DNA of 62,900 bases, filler included, from Globobulimina sp. (Eukaryota), in assembly GCA_003354225.1 (NCBI GenBank). It is 24 parts of 24 records of this genome, joined end to end, with 100 filler letters (N's around TTAATTAATTAA, not from the genome) between each part and the next. Parts side by side here need not be neighbours in the genome. Positions count along the whole stretch, not along the records: positions 34,146 to 36,669 come from PIVH01006175.1; positions 36,770 to 39,293 come from PIVH01006176.1; positions 39,394 to 41,917 come from PIVH01006177.1; positions 42,018 to 44,541 come from PIVH01006178.1; positions 44,642 to 47,164 come from PIVH01006179.1; positions 47,265 to 49,787 come from PIVH01006180.1; 18 more parts are not named here. One strand, 5' to 3'. This document shows positions 35,912 to 47,353 of the stretch, piece after piece. The notes under the pieces are model-generated. The model made no database searches and was not told the origin of the DNA. It saw only the letters and a list, made by a program, of their open reading frames with translations. Each line of letters opens with the position of its first letter. Position 1 is the stretch's first letter. The position numbers and the translations under genes are program-made.

Positions 35912-36431
35912 TACCACTTTAAAAAGTTTTTGACGCTCAACGGCAGATCTCCCTATTAAAGATTTTGACGCTCCTTAAATAGGGATGACCACACTGACTC
36001 TTTCGTCATTTTGCTTGACTTTTGCGTTGTTGCATTGTGTGTGTATTGCATGAATCAGATAGGATCTAAAAGGAAAGGCTAGAATTCCATTTTTTCAATG
36101 TGATTAAAGTTGCTATGTCGAACAAAGAAAGCTATGATACAATTTCAAACACTTTTATTACGCACTAATTTTTTGCAGCCAATGGTGACATGGTCTTTTG
36201 TCTCTGTTTCTGATCATCTGACCAATAATATACATTTAATATAGCACACCAACAATTATATCAATTTTAATAATGTTTCAAATTTGATATTTGCATTCGA
36301 TTCGCATATCAATTTTTATGATTGCTCATTGCTGATTTATCTTTTTTTATTTCAACAATTTCAATATCATTCAGTTGCGTACAATATATCAACTAATAAG
36401 TCGTTGTAATATTTATTTTTATTGCAATCAT

Positions 36432-36669
36432 TCATTTCTGGTTACAGTGTGCAAGCAAATAAATCATTATGTCCATACTAGACATATATTGCACATACAA
36501 CTCAGCTTCTAAATGGTGTCCGGAAGGTTCGTCCGTTGGCACATTGGTTACGGTGCACGGCGCGATATTATATTTGGCTCACATCGCTTTGCACTCTGCA
36601 ATGTCATAATATTGCGTACGGAAAGAGGCAATGCCTTGCGAGTTATTTGCAGCTGAACCTTTAGCACCG
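36432..36669 (-). pseudogene. Sedolisin/tripeptidyl-peptidase I (S53) pseudogene fragment
   Basis: NNSQGIASFRTQYY...KAM*AKY...LEAELYVQYMSS. There is an in-frame TGA at 36581-36579, the catalytic EAxLD is changed to EAELY, and similarity is lost shortly afterwards. Confidence 0.65.
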
Positions 36670-36769
36670 NNNNNNNNNNNNNNNNNNNNNNNNNNNNNNN
36701 NNNNNNNNNNNNNTTAATTAATTAANNNNNNNNNNNNNNNNNNNNNNNNNNNNNNNNNNNNNNNNNNNN

Positions 36770-39226
36770 CGCACCTTTGCCTCAGAAATTGTGCGCAGAT
36801 TACATAAAAGCGGCAAAGACTTGGCCATGGCCAACAACATAGAGTTCCCATATCACACCCGCTTATTTGGCACCATTGACAAGAAACAATTAGAAAAGCG
36901 CCGAAATGCAATCAATACCTATTTGGAGAGCATCTGTGGCGATGAAAACGTTGTTCGTCACTCATATTTTTTATCTTTCTTTGACTTCAATGATGGGCAA
37001 TACAGCGACTACAACGAGCACAAAATCAACGACAATTACAAGGAAGCACAGTTTCGCTTGAAATGCATCGAGGAAACATTAGAAATCATAGGCATGAATG
37101 GCGGTATCCCGATTGATTCGGCTGATATCACTTCTGACGACATGGAGGATATTCTCATTCCAATCCCGCCGGACAAGGAACACAATTACAAAGAACAGGA
37201 ACTAAATTTCGAAGTCCCTTACGATTTGCATCATTACAAAGACCCCGAATACAAATTAGTAGCGGCTATCTTTGACATCATACAGCAACAATTAGAGATG
37301 AAGGAACAGAGCGATTTGGATGACAATGGCAGCAAAGCACCCTTCCATGTCAGCACAAACAGCAATTTCATGAACTCGTACCATGCGAGCATGCATGCTC
37401 TGAATGCACAGAAACATCAACAGGCAAAGCCACAGCCACCGCCACAGCCTCAGCCCCGTCTACCCAATGGAGACGATTCCCATATAAATGCCAATGCAAA
37501 CACACACAAGAAACATTCACGCAAACATAGCGGCGGTGTGGTGCTACCCTCCCCATTGCCGCCTACGCATTTGCGTGCGATGAGCATTATAGAATCCTCT
37601 TTCACGCCGGCAACGATGATATTTCACCCCTCGATTTCGGCCAAGAGTGGCAAGATTGAGAGCAACATCGATAGCAACAATTATATTGATTTGCAAAACG
37701 AGAATAAATGGACCAGCAATCAGTTTAAAAGTAAGTTTAATTCCTCCATTCGTGGCATAGATGGCGGTCCCCGTATAATCCGGACGGCGTCTGAAGCCAC
37801 TTCCGACCAATCGTTGTCGTATAAGATACCTACATTGGTGTCGCAGGTCTGGAGTAAGATTAGTATTTTGTTGGACGCCAAGAAGGAGTCCATCCCATTG
37901 TTGTTAGCTGCGGTGAACAAGGATTTATATCCCATTATACAAGAGGCCCTGAACGATGTTGCAACGATTATAAAATCATTGTATAACAGTCAGAGTCACA
38001 ACCACCAGAATCAGAGTATGTTGACTGAATACACGCTCAAAGAGAAAGCAGAGGAGAATACTCAGAGTCAGAGTCAGAACCCTCAAAAGCATGGCAAATA
38101 TCTATCTATGTTTGGCCATGGCTATGACGGCGATGAGGACAGTAGCAGCGATAGCGACGGCAGCGAGATTCGTCGCAGTATCGGCATCCGGCATTTTCCA
38201 TTCATTTCCGCCATGCGGCAATATTGCATATCAGAGTCGAGACTGTATGAATTTTTCTTAGCTTTTGAGAATTTGGCCATTGACAATATCTTCGGACATC
38301 TAGATGTAGACAGCGATGCTAATGAGAATAACAAGTATAAATATATACATTTATTGAGCTATAATTATAACATATTATCCAATACGTCGTCGATCAATTT
38401 TACGGACCGCTTGCAACACATCGAACGCATTCATAATCAAATAAATTTAATTTTGTGTGAGATCATCTATGCGGTTTTAAAGTGTATGATGAAGTGTTTG
38501 GGCGACATCATTTTATACAAAGATTTGTTGGAAGAGACCTTCATTGCTTGCGGCGATACTTTCGATCAGGACGTGATTAATAAGCATGAGGATTCTTTGT
38601 TGAATATTTTACGCGACAGCGGCTATAATATATCCTTTATTGTCGACGATTTGAAACAAAAAATTAAATCTCAGTTTAAAGAGTATTCATCGGTCATTTT
38701 CAATCCTTTGTTAGATGGCATCTCGACCATTGGTGAGATCTCTTTGAATTGTATTTGTTTGATGATATCGCAGTTTGTGTTCGATGACGGACAATTTCCA
38801 CTCAATATCAATACATTTCGCTCCTCTTTTATACAAATATGGTTCCAGCCGCTTGATTATTATATTTCTGATGTTACAGAATGCGTTTTTTATATTTTAT
38901 ATCAATCCTCGATTGGTTTGGTTCATTCCGCATCGCAAGACTTATTACAAAATAATATCTTTAATTATGCGTCGAGTTCTAATTCACATTCAACCTCTAC
39001 TTGGTATCAAATATTGCGGGGACAAAATATTAAAAATATTTCGCGCAAAATACCCCCAATCTTAAATAAAAATATTTCCACAAAGGATATTTTGGATTTA
39101 GTCATTGAACGGACACTCACCAACATTGTGGATGAAACCTTGATTTATATCAAACTTGAATGTGAAAAAGCATTTTTTTTAAAATTTCAAAAAAAGGAAC
39201 AACGACTTTTTAATTATGACTTCTGA
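36770..39226 (+). CDS. PX-domain protein with long helical C-terminus, 5'-truncated
   Basis: FPYHTRLFG..KKQLEKRRNAINTYLESI..VVRHSYFLSFF is the C-terminal half of a PX domain; 811-aa open frame. Confidence 0.75.
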   Translation, partial: RTFASEIVRRLHKSGKDLAMANNIEFPYHTRLFGTIDKKQLEKRRNAINTYLESICGDENVVRHSYFLSFFDFNDGQYSDYNEHKINDNYKEAQFRLKCIEETLEIIGMNGGIPIDSADITSDDMEDILIPIPPDKEHNYKEQELNFEVPYDLHHYKDPEYKLVAAIFDIIQQQLEMKEQSDLDDNGSKAPFHVSTNSNFMNSYHASMHALNAQKHQQAKPQPPPQPQPRLPNGDDSHINANANTHKKHSRKHSGGVVLPSPLPPTHLRAMSIIESSFTPATMIFHPSISAKSGKIESNIDSNNYIDLQNENKWTSNQFKSKFNSSIRGIDGGPRIIRTASEATSDQSLSYKIPTLVSQVWSKISILLDAKKESIPLLLAAVNKDLYPIIQEALNDVATIIKSLYNSQSHNHQNQSMLTEYTLKEKAEENTQSQSQNPQKHGKYLSMFGHGYDGDEDSSSDSDGSEIRRSIGIRHFPFISAMRQYCISESRLYEFFLAFENLAIDNIFGHLDVDSDANENNKYKYIHLLSYNYNILSNTSSINFTDRLQHIERIHNQINLILCEIIYAVLKCMMKCLGDIILYKDLLEETFIACGDTFDQDVINKHEDSLLNILRDSGYNISFIVDDLKQKIKSQFKEYSSVIFNPLLDGISTIGEISLNCICLMISQFVFDDGQFPLNINTFRSSFIQIWFQPLDYYISDVTECVFYILYQSSIGLVHSASQDLLQNNIFNYASSSNSHSTSTWYQILRGQNIKNISRKIPPILNKNISTKDILDLVIERTLTNIVDETLIYIKLECEKAFFLKFQKKEQRLFNYDF

Positions 39227-39393
39227 CTTGTTTTTGTATTTTTTTCTCTTTTGTAAATTTTTTGTGTTGGTTGCTTATATATATCAGATATCGNNNNNNN
39301 NNNNNNNNNNNNNNNNNNNNNNNNNNNNNNNNNNNNNTTAATTAATTAANNNNNNNNNNNNNNNNNNNNNNNNNNNNNNNNNNNNNNNNNNNN

Positions 39394-41859
39394 CTGGCCA
39401 ATTTTTTGTGAGTAGTCGTTTTCCTGACTTACTTTTATTTTAAAAACCAAACCCCAAGTACCTCCCAGATTTCGCTCAAGTCTAAATTCATCCTCATTCA
39501 AAGTGCCATTCACTTTGTCATCGGGAACAATCTGTAACTTCTCCAGCGCAAATTGTGCGAGTAAATCGCAGGGCGGATTGGGTGTTACTGGGATGGTGGC
39601 GATGCTCGGCGGCTTATTGACAACAATGGGAGCAGCCGCAGTTTTAATTGCTTGTAAGCCAGACATAAAATCACCAATCCCATTCTGCCGAAAACTTAAT
39701 TCTGATCCAGGTCCGGGTCCAGGCGGTGGAGGGGTAATATCCGGTAACTCCACGTTATTATTATTATTATTTGCAGCCAGCTTCTTATTATTTTGTAGAA
39801 TGGCTTGTGGAGGAAGTGCCACATTGGTAATTGCGGCGGTTGCGACAGTCGGTACAGTTATAGTGGAGGCAGAGGCAGGTTGTGATGGTACATAAATTGG
39901 TGCAGTGATTACATTTGCGGGCAGAGTGGGTACCGCATTTATGCTTTGTGGTGGTGAAAATGTTTGGGTTGGTTTCCCGTCTGGCACAGTGGTCGCAGTG
40001 GTCGCAGTGGTCGCAGTGGCAGGTGGCGGTCCCGGTGCATATTGTAATACGTATTGTTGTTGTACAGGTTGTACAGGTTGTACAGGATAGCCACCATAGG
40101 GCGGATAGGCAGCGGCATAGTATGGTACCCCTTGTACAGTATATATGGGTTGCACCGCAGTGGTTGGTGGTGCTTGCACCGGGACTTGAGTCTGGGTCTG
40201 AGTCTGGGCCTGGGTCTGCCCATACGGTGTTTGTGCATGTGGCGGTTGAGATTGTGGTTGGGGCTGTGATTGTGGCTGTTGATGAATATGTTGGTGTTGA
40301 TGTTGATGTTGGTGTTGGTGTTGATGAGGATGTGGTTGGATTTGTTCGTATGGATTTGTATTTGCATTTGCATTTGCATTTGGAGGCGGACCATATGGAT
40401 TATGCTGTGGATGTTGCGGTGGTGCTCCATATGGATTGTTGTTGTATGCTTGTGCTTGTGCTTGTGCTTGTGGATAATGGGTGGAATATACAGGTGGTGG
40501 AGGCCCCTGATGTTCATAATGAATATTTTGTTGCGGTGCTGGTTGGCTGTAATGGGTTTGATGTGGTGGTAATGGACCATGCTGGCCATGGCCTGGATGC
40601 ATATGGTTTGGCGCAGCTACATGTACCATATGTTGTGGCGGTGGCGGACCATGACTGGTGTGGTGCGCATAGGCCATATGCTGTGGTTGTGGTTGTGTAT
40701 GCGGTGGTGGTCCATACATATTATTTGGATCATAATACGGATTTGGATGGGTTTGTTGCGGTGGATGTGTTTGATGATATTGTTGATTATTATAAGCATT
40801 ATGCCCCCCGCTTTGTTGAGAGGTGTATTGATTATTGCTGTTCTCAATGGTGAGTGGTGCATTATTATTATTATTATTGTTAGTATTCGCAGTATGTTTA
40901 GTTTGCTGTTGTTGCTGTTGCTGCTGTTCATCGTTTCGTTGTTTAAAATCAATTTTCGGTTGGAATGGATCAGAATTTGCTAATTTAGCTAATAATGTTT
41001 CATTATGATTTTCAAACCGTTTACCATTTAATTCTCGAATGGCAATTTGTGCATCTTTGGCTTTTCTATACCTTACAAAGGCAACACCGGACTCTCTCAA
41101 CCGTGTACATGTTAACTCGCCATAAGGTGTGCATAATGCGGTCAGTTGTTGCTCATCAAAATTGCGAGGCAAACAGCGTAAGTATACATTATTTGTATTC
41201 TTATTCATTATCATTTCCACCTCGTATTGTTTTACCTCATCGCCAACGCGAATGTATCGTTTGCTATTTTTTTGTTTACGAAACGCATATTTTACTAATA
41301 ATTGATCCTGACATCGGTCTAATTTCGCGCCATTCATCGCTTCCAAGGCCTTCAATCAAAATAAAATACATAAAAAGAAAGAAAAAAGAAACAGCGCAAA
41401 TTCGCATACTTTTTTAGCTCCGAATCCTTGCTCAAATCGAACAAATCCAACGCCATCGCCATAGACCCGCGATTGCGAGATAACACCAAATGTTTTGAAT
41501 AAATCATCCAATTCAATTTGTGTGCAATCTTTCCATAAGCCTTTAACATATAGGTTTGTGTTATCCAAATCCGATGGATCGTGCGGTTCGTTATCATCAC
41601 GACCGGCATTGTTATGGTTTATAATATTAATATTATTATTATTATTGTTATTGTTATTATTCTCTTGTATTTGCATTTGCTGCATTTGTTGTTGCATTTG
41701 TTGCATTTGAACTTGTTGTAATTGATAATTTTTATATTCTTTTATTGATGGAGTCATGCTTTCCATTTGTTGACGAGCTAGTTCTTGAATTTGTGGATTA
41801 TTATTATTATTATTTATATTGCTATTTATATTCATATTATTATTATTATCCCCATTCAT
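39394..41859 (-). CDS. Two-RRM RNA-binding protein (RBMS/ELAV-like) with long Q/N/H/P/Y low-complexity region; intron 41409-41350; 3'-truncated
   Basis: RNP2/RNP1 pairs NLYVKGL..GVGFVRF and NVYLRCL..GVAFVRY. Confidence 0.9.
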
Positions 41860-42040
41860 TTTTGAAGCTATATTAAATAAATATATACGATGTGAATTTT
41901 AAATGTAATAAATATTANNNNNNNNNNNNNNNNNNNNNNNNNNNNNNNNNNNNNNNNNNNNTTAATTAATTAANNNNNNNNNNNNNNNNNNNNNNNNNNN
42001 NNNNNNNNNNNNNNNNNCAATTTTTCAGATTTAACTGCAG

Positions 42041-43259
42041 AAGAGTCAATACATCAATACATTGACGATTTTGCATGGCGACCATTTTCATTAAGGTATT
42101 GGAGATATAACAGACATATTAAATGAGATATTACATAGAAGCATATTCTTTCGGAATATCAAATTTTAAAATTGGACAGTATCTCAACTGCATCCTGTCT
42201 TTAATTCAAAATTGTATGTTTATATCTCAAATATGTTTGTTGTATTAAAGACATAATTTTCATGGAATGACAAAATACGTTAAAAAAGTACATATAACAA
42301 ATATTGGCAAATGTTTTAGAAATGACGTTTTGTTATTTGGTGTGGTTTCTAATTTTGAAAGTATGTCACCACAACAATTTATTCAGAAAGTCAACGGATT
42401 TGACACATCATTAACTGGCACAGAATTGCTTTATACAGCAAGGGGCAGTCAATCTGCAATGATTGGAAGCGGGACAGCAAGTTTCTTAAAATTAGAAACA
42501 TTAAACGATAATTTTCTATTAAAATTCACAGATGGTGATCATGAGCATTCTGATGATGTTTATAAAATGGTTAAATCGCAGGGATGGTATTCTTTATATC
42601 CATATTATGATTTAACAGATAGGACTGACGGGTTTGGCTCCAATGATGCATTGTTATCCATCTCTGCAGTTCCACGCTTATTTGATGGTGTCGAGAGTAT
42701 CGAAGATGTGTGGATGTGGAAAATGTTTATAAAATTAAAAACAAACGTTGTTAATTCCGAGATTGAGCTGGTAAAAAAGGGATTGTCTCCCTATTGTAAG
42801 CAAATATGGGATTATAATACATTCGCAGCGCAGATATCGGACAGTGTGACTATGTTAGATTTAATATTTTCAATGAATACTTATATGGCATTATTCTTAT
42901 GTTTGTTCAGTTTGATTGCTTCTATGTCAACAAATATTATTCAGCAAACAAAAGAAATTGGTATTTTAAGAAGTTTGGGCTTGACAAAATTTGAAATTAA
43001 TAAAATATATATTTATGAATCGTTGGTATTAATATTATCGTCATCATTGATTGGTATGCTCATCGGCTGTGTGCTGTGTTTTGTTGTGCTGCAACAACAA
43101 CAATTATTTACAAATTATCCGGTTGCTTTTTATATTCCGCAATCCGTGATTGGTGCGTGCATCACTGGGGCTATTGCCACATCTGTATTATCTGTGTGGT
43201 TTCCATTAAAAACGTTAAATACAAAAGTAATTGCACAAAATTTGAGAGATGTTTTGTAG
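42041..43259 (+). CDS. FtsX-like (MacB-type) permease family protein, spliced C-terminal part
   Basis: FSLIASMSTNIIQQTKEIGILRSLGL..IYIYESLVLIL...IGMLIG; upstream GT-AG introns. Confidence 0.85.
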
Positions 43260-43401
43260 CCAATGATTTCCTTAATTCATTGTATGATTTCCTTAATTCA
43301 CCTTTTTAATTTCAAGTATTCTTGAGTGTTCACTCTATCTCCAAAAAAGTTGTAGGATAACAACTGAACTCATCTCATATTTTAAACGACACATAGTAAA
43401 A

Positions 43402-44541
43402 ATGTCAATAGATGAATATCTTCAAAATAGTAAGAAATCAATGGATGAATATGATTTGCTTTTTCGTCAACCGCAAAATCTATCACTTACTCAAACTCCA
43501 CCAACACGTAAGAAAATATCACAAACTCGAGCAGCACGTAAGAGCATATCACAAACACCACCGACACACAAGAGTTGGCAAACACAGCATGGCCGCATGG
43601 GAAAAAGACCACTTCTTCGAGATCGAGTTCATGGCGGCAGCCTCCGTAACATTATGGAGAGAGAAAATTCATCATTGGCAGTAAAAGTATCTAAATTGCA
43701 GAGCGAATTAAAACAATGTGGCAGGTTAAGAGATGCATTGCAAAAGTATGTACATTTGTTGTTGTTTACTAATTAAATAATTTAATCCGACGTACATGTT
43801 CAGAGAAAGTGAAACAACAAACAATGATTTGAGACTATTTATAAAGTATGTGCATGGCCATGGTTTTAATTGTTTATATTTAATAATTGTTTACGTTTTG
43901 ATATGAACAGAAAAAACCAATCATTACAAAAACAAGTAAAACAATTTAAAGAATTAAAGGCCCAAATATCTACATTCCAGACACTATTAAAAGATTATGA
44001 GAAAATTAATGCAGAATTAAAAAGGTAAGTTAATTCTTGATGTTTATGCAAAATAATACCATGCGACCACCAATCAACAGAGACAAGCAATCATTAAAGA
44101 ATCAATTGCGAGAATCTGGAATAACAAACAAGCGATTCCAAAAGTATGTGACTTAAAAAAAACATAAATTATATCATATACCATCAATTCGCCATATCTC
44201 CGATTGTTTTTCTTAAATTTAAATATCTAATTTGCACATACGATTTATTCGGAATGTGGGACTGATACATATTTTTTGTTTATTGTGATACTCAAAAACA
44301 AACAATATCAGAATCATTATAATATCATTTAAGTCTTGTTACTTTAACAGAGAATGCGAGTTGTTTAAAAAACAAATATCTGAATTGGCACCGGTTGATG
44401 GCGAAACATACAAACGTAATAAAATTTTATTTTATAGTTCAAAAAATAAACAATCCCTAAAGCCCCGAAATAATATCGGTCATCAACAAAAAACCTTGCA
44501 TGTATTTCTAAAAACACATGATATAAATATGACCGATTGGA
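43402..44541 (+). CDS. Multi-exon coiled-coil protein, 3' end unresolved
   Basis: Repeated AA|GTATGT and AG|GTAAGT donors with AACAG acceptors separating short K/Q/E/L exons. There is a 30-nt coding repeat (SQTPPTRKSI-like) near 43490-43575. Confidence 0.6.
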
Positions 44542-44641
44542 NNNNNNNNNNNNNNNNNNNNNNNNNNNNNNNNNNNNNNNNNNNNTTAATTAATTAANNN
44601 NNNNNNNNNNNNNNNNNNNNNNNNNNNNNNNNNNNNNNNNN

Positions 44642-45099
44642 TCCCAGTTGTCATCTGCAATATCGTAAAAATTTTGCAATACAGTGGCTATAGAGAGATC
44701 AGACGAGTTGTTGCTTTGAACAACCTGGTCAGGCACCTCGACCTGGGCAACTGTTCCGGGATCCCAGGCATGTCCTTCTAAAAAAAGCGTCTTTTTACCG
44801 TTTGTTGAATCTGTATAGGGTGTCACGGCTCGACCGCTGTAGCCGAAACGAGACTCACCATAAACACCTTGAGGAAGGCCAAAAGCTCCTAAATACTGCA
44901 TGTTACTTGCCTGAATGCGAGGGAGTTTGGTGAGACAATCCACATCTCCGTTGCAGACATAGCTGGAAGCACTGTCAGTGAGCAGTAGTGACAGCATTGA
45001 AATATTGTTGTTTTCAGAACATGCTGCCTGTGCACTTAGCAAAAGACCAATCCAGGCAAGAAGAATACCACAATATTCAATCCATGTTTTTCTGTTCAA
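44642..45099 (-). CDS. Bacterial secreted hypothetical protein, 3'-truncated
   Basis: Signal peptide; YLGAFGLP..FGYSG beta-propeller-like start; intronless contig with higher GC. Confidence 0.6.
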
Positions 45100-45383
45100 T
45101 GCGCTTACTCCCAGTGAAAAGAGGTTATTTCATTTAATAATTATGACCAAACATTGCTATCCCACGACTATCCGACGATAGGGCAGAAAAAAAAATAATT
45201 TCCAGACATTTTTTCTGCAGTGGTAATAGAAACTCTATAATCTAAAAAGTCTACCGTTTCTTATATTCTCTTACAGATGAGTTGAAGCATAGATCTATGA
45301 TGATAAAACTTTTTCCGACTCATACCCTCTAATAATAATGAAGAGTTTTCCACAACGATTTCTTTTAACAGTAAAACAGTATC

Positions 45384-45535
45384 GTGTCCCCGGATTTGCG
45401 CAATAAATGGCTATTTCCCCCTAACTCTTCGTTGCGCTCAAAATTTAATCCTCGGAATATCACATATATGCCTGCGGTTAAATTTATCGAGCGTCTCGAT
45501 TTAGGGCAAAATATCTCATTAATGGACAGACACTA
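45384..45535. mobile_element. Bacterial fold-back repeat of about 150 bp (MITE/REPIN-like)
   Basis: Nested imperfect inverted repeats: GTGTC/GACAC, CCCTAA/TTAGGG, CGCTC/GAGCG, AAATTTAA/TTAAATTT. It resembles intergenic repeats recalled from Desulfobacterales. Confidence 0.6.
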
Positions 45536-45751
45536 ACTATAAAAAAGGACATAAATATCGAATGACTATGGCAATATAAACCCAAAAGGGATATTTTGGT
45601 TAGGCGATAAGGTTCAGCCACATTTATATTTTATATTTTATATTTTTGTCTTTCTAAATATCACGTAATGGATCGACAAGAGAATTGCAAAAAAATAACG
45701 ATCCCTCCTCAAATCTAATACAAAACCATAGTTATAAGAAAAGGTAACCTA

Positions 45752-47137
45752 ATGACAAACTACAAACAAACAAGCCTTAAATGGATGTGGGCCGTTACAA
45801 CATTGGTGGTCTTTCTGCTTTCCACTGGAGCTGCCCTTGGAAGTGTCAGCTATATCTTTGATAACTTTGATATGGGTTCGAATCTTAATCCCGATGGCTC
45901 GCATCCAAACGATTTTAATGGCAACAAAGGTCTGTGGGTTGGAGGAGCAGCAGGGGCTATTATTACCCCCACATTTGACAGCGCGGTAATTCATGATGCC
46001 AATGGGTATTCACTTAAACTGGAATATGATGTTAACGCCTATGGCTCTGAAGGTGGGTACTATGAACACTTTACCTACAATTATTCTTCACTAGCGAATC
46101 CAATATTTGACATGAGTGATTTCGACGAGTTTCACTTCTGGATAAAGGGTGGAGGGACATTTACAACCAGGTGTTACATTGAGTTTGTTGATAACAACTG
46201 GAATAAAGCTCAGATAGAGATTACTGGGATTAACAATACATGGCAAGAAAAGGTCGTAGAAAATCTTCAATCCTACACCTCTGTCGATTGGACACAAATG
46301 AAACAATGGGCAATTGTCATAAAAAACAATCATACCGATGTTAAAGCAGGGACACTTTATCTTGACGATCTCTCTTTTGTAGATATCGATGAAGGCTTTA
46401 CTACAGATGATGAGTTCCTGGAATTAGTCAGCAAAAGAACCTTTAAATTCTTTTGGGATACGGCACACCCAGAAACCGGATTAATGCGTGACCGCTTAGC
46501 GAGTCGTGATGTAAGCAGCGTGGCATCGGTGGGTTTTGGTTTGACAACATATTGTATAGCTGCTGAGAGAGCCTGGAAAAGTCGCTCTGAGATAGCAAAT
46601 GAGGTTAAAAAGGTGCTCAACACATTGTGGTCGAAGCCACAGGGTCCAGATAATAGCGGAACCAGCGGCTATATGGGTTTTTATTACCATATACTGGACA
46701 TTGATACTGGTACCAGAAACAATATTTCTGAACTTTCCTCGATAGATTCCGCTTTGTTATTAGCCGGTGTGCTCACCTGCAAAGAGTATTTTAACGGCAC
46801 AGATCAGGTGGAAAATGACATAAGGACTCTTGCTGATGCCATCTATAAGCGAGTTGACTGGACATACATGTTGGACACAAATTCAAATCAGTTTCGTATG
46901 GAGTGGAAGCCGGAATCAGGCTTTGCTGGATATTGGGATTACACTACGAGTGAAGTAAGAATTATCTGTCTGTTGGCTATTGGCTCTCCAACATATCCGG
47001 TTGACAGCAGCACATTTTATGCCTGGACAAGAAAGCAGGGCAAATATGGCGATTATGCCTTGTATCAAAACCAGTATGGGCAAATGTACCTTTATGCATT
47101 CGACCACATGTGGATTGATTATAGAATGCTGACTTAG
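45752..47137 (+). CDS. Bacterial secreted carbohydrate-binding module plus glucoamylase-like/GH144 (beta-1,2-glucanase-like) protein, probably C-terminally truncated
   Basis: Signal peptide and beta-sandwich (SLKLEYDV..FWIKG..GTLYLDDLSF), then RTFKFFW..TGLMRDR..SVASVGFGL..GFYYH..ELSSIDSALLLAG..IYKRVDW..LLAIGSPT. Confidence 0.8.
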   Translation: MTNYKQTSLKWMWAVTTLVVFLLSTGAALGSVSYIFDNFDMGSNLNPDGSHPNDFNGNKGLWVGGAAGAIITPTFDSAVIHDANGYSLKLEYDVNAYGSEGGYYEHFTYNYSSLANPIFDMSDFDEFHFWIKGGGTFTTRCYIEFVDNNWNKAQIEITGINNTWQEKVVENLQSYTSVDWTQMKQWAIVIKNNHTDVKAGTLYLDDLSFVDIDEGFTTDDEFLELVSKRTFKFFWDTAHPETGLMRDRLASRDVSSVASVGFGLTTYCIAAERAWKSRSEIANEVKKVLNTLWSKPQGPDNSGTSGYMGFYYHILDIDTGTRNNISELSSIDSALLLAGVLTCKEYFNGTDQVENDIRTLADAIYKRVDWTYMLDTNSNQFRMEWKPESGFAGYWDYTTSEVRIICLLAIGSPTYPVDSSTFYAWTRKQGKYGDYALYQNQYGQMYLYAFDHMWIDYRMLT

Positions 47138-47353
47138 AACTCTACCAGTTCCTGCAACTGAAGTNNNNNNNNNNNNNNNNNNNNNNNNNNNNNNNNNNNN
47201 NNNNNNNNTTAATTAATTAANNNNNNNNNNNNNNNNNNNNNNNNNNNNNNNNNNNNNNNNNNNNCGTCATAATCAGTCCACTTCAGGTTTTTACTACATA
47301 TCATCTTTTATATTGCTTGTGTTTTGTGAAAAATAATTTAATTATATTTAGCT

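Noticed and set aside
39503-41417. Several long plus-strand ORFs (V/L/M/C-rich)
   Set aside because: Antisense shadows of the low-complexity RRM gene. The same applies to 4328-4849 and 34883-35566.
43262-43300. Direct repeat ATGATTTCCTTAATTCA x2 after the permease stop
   Set aside because: A simple local duplication with no further structure.
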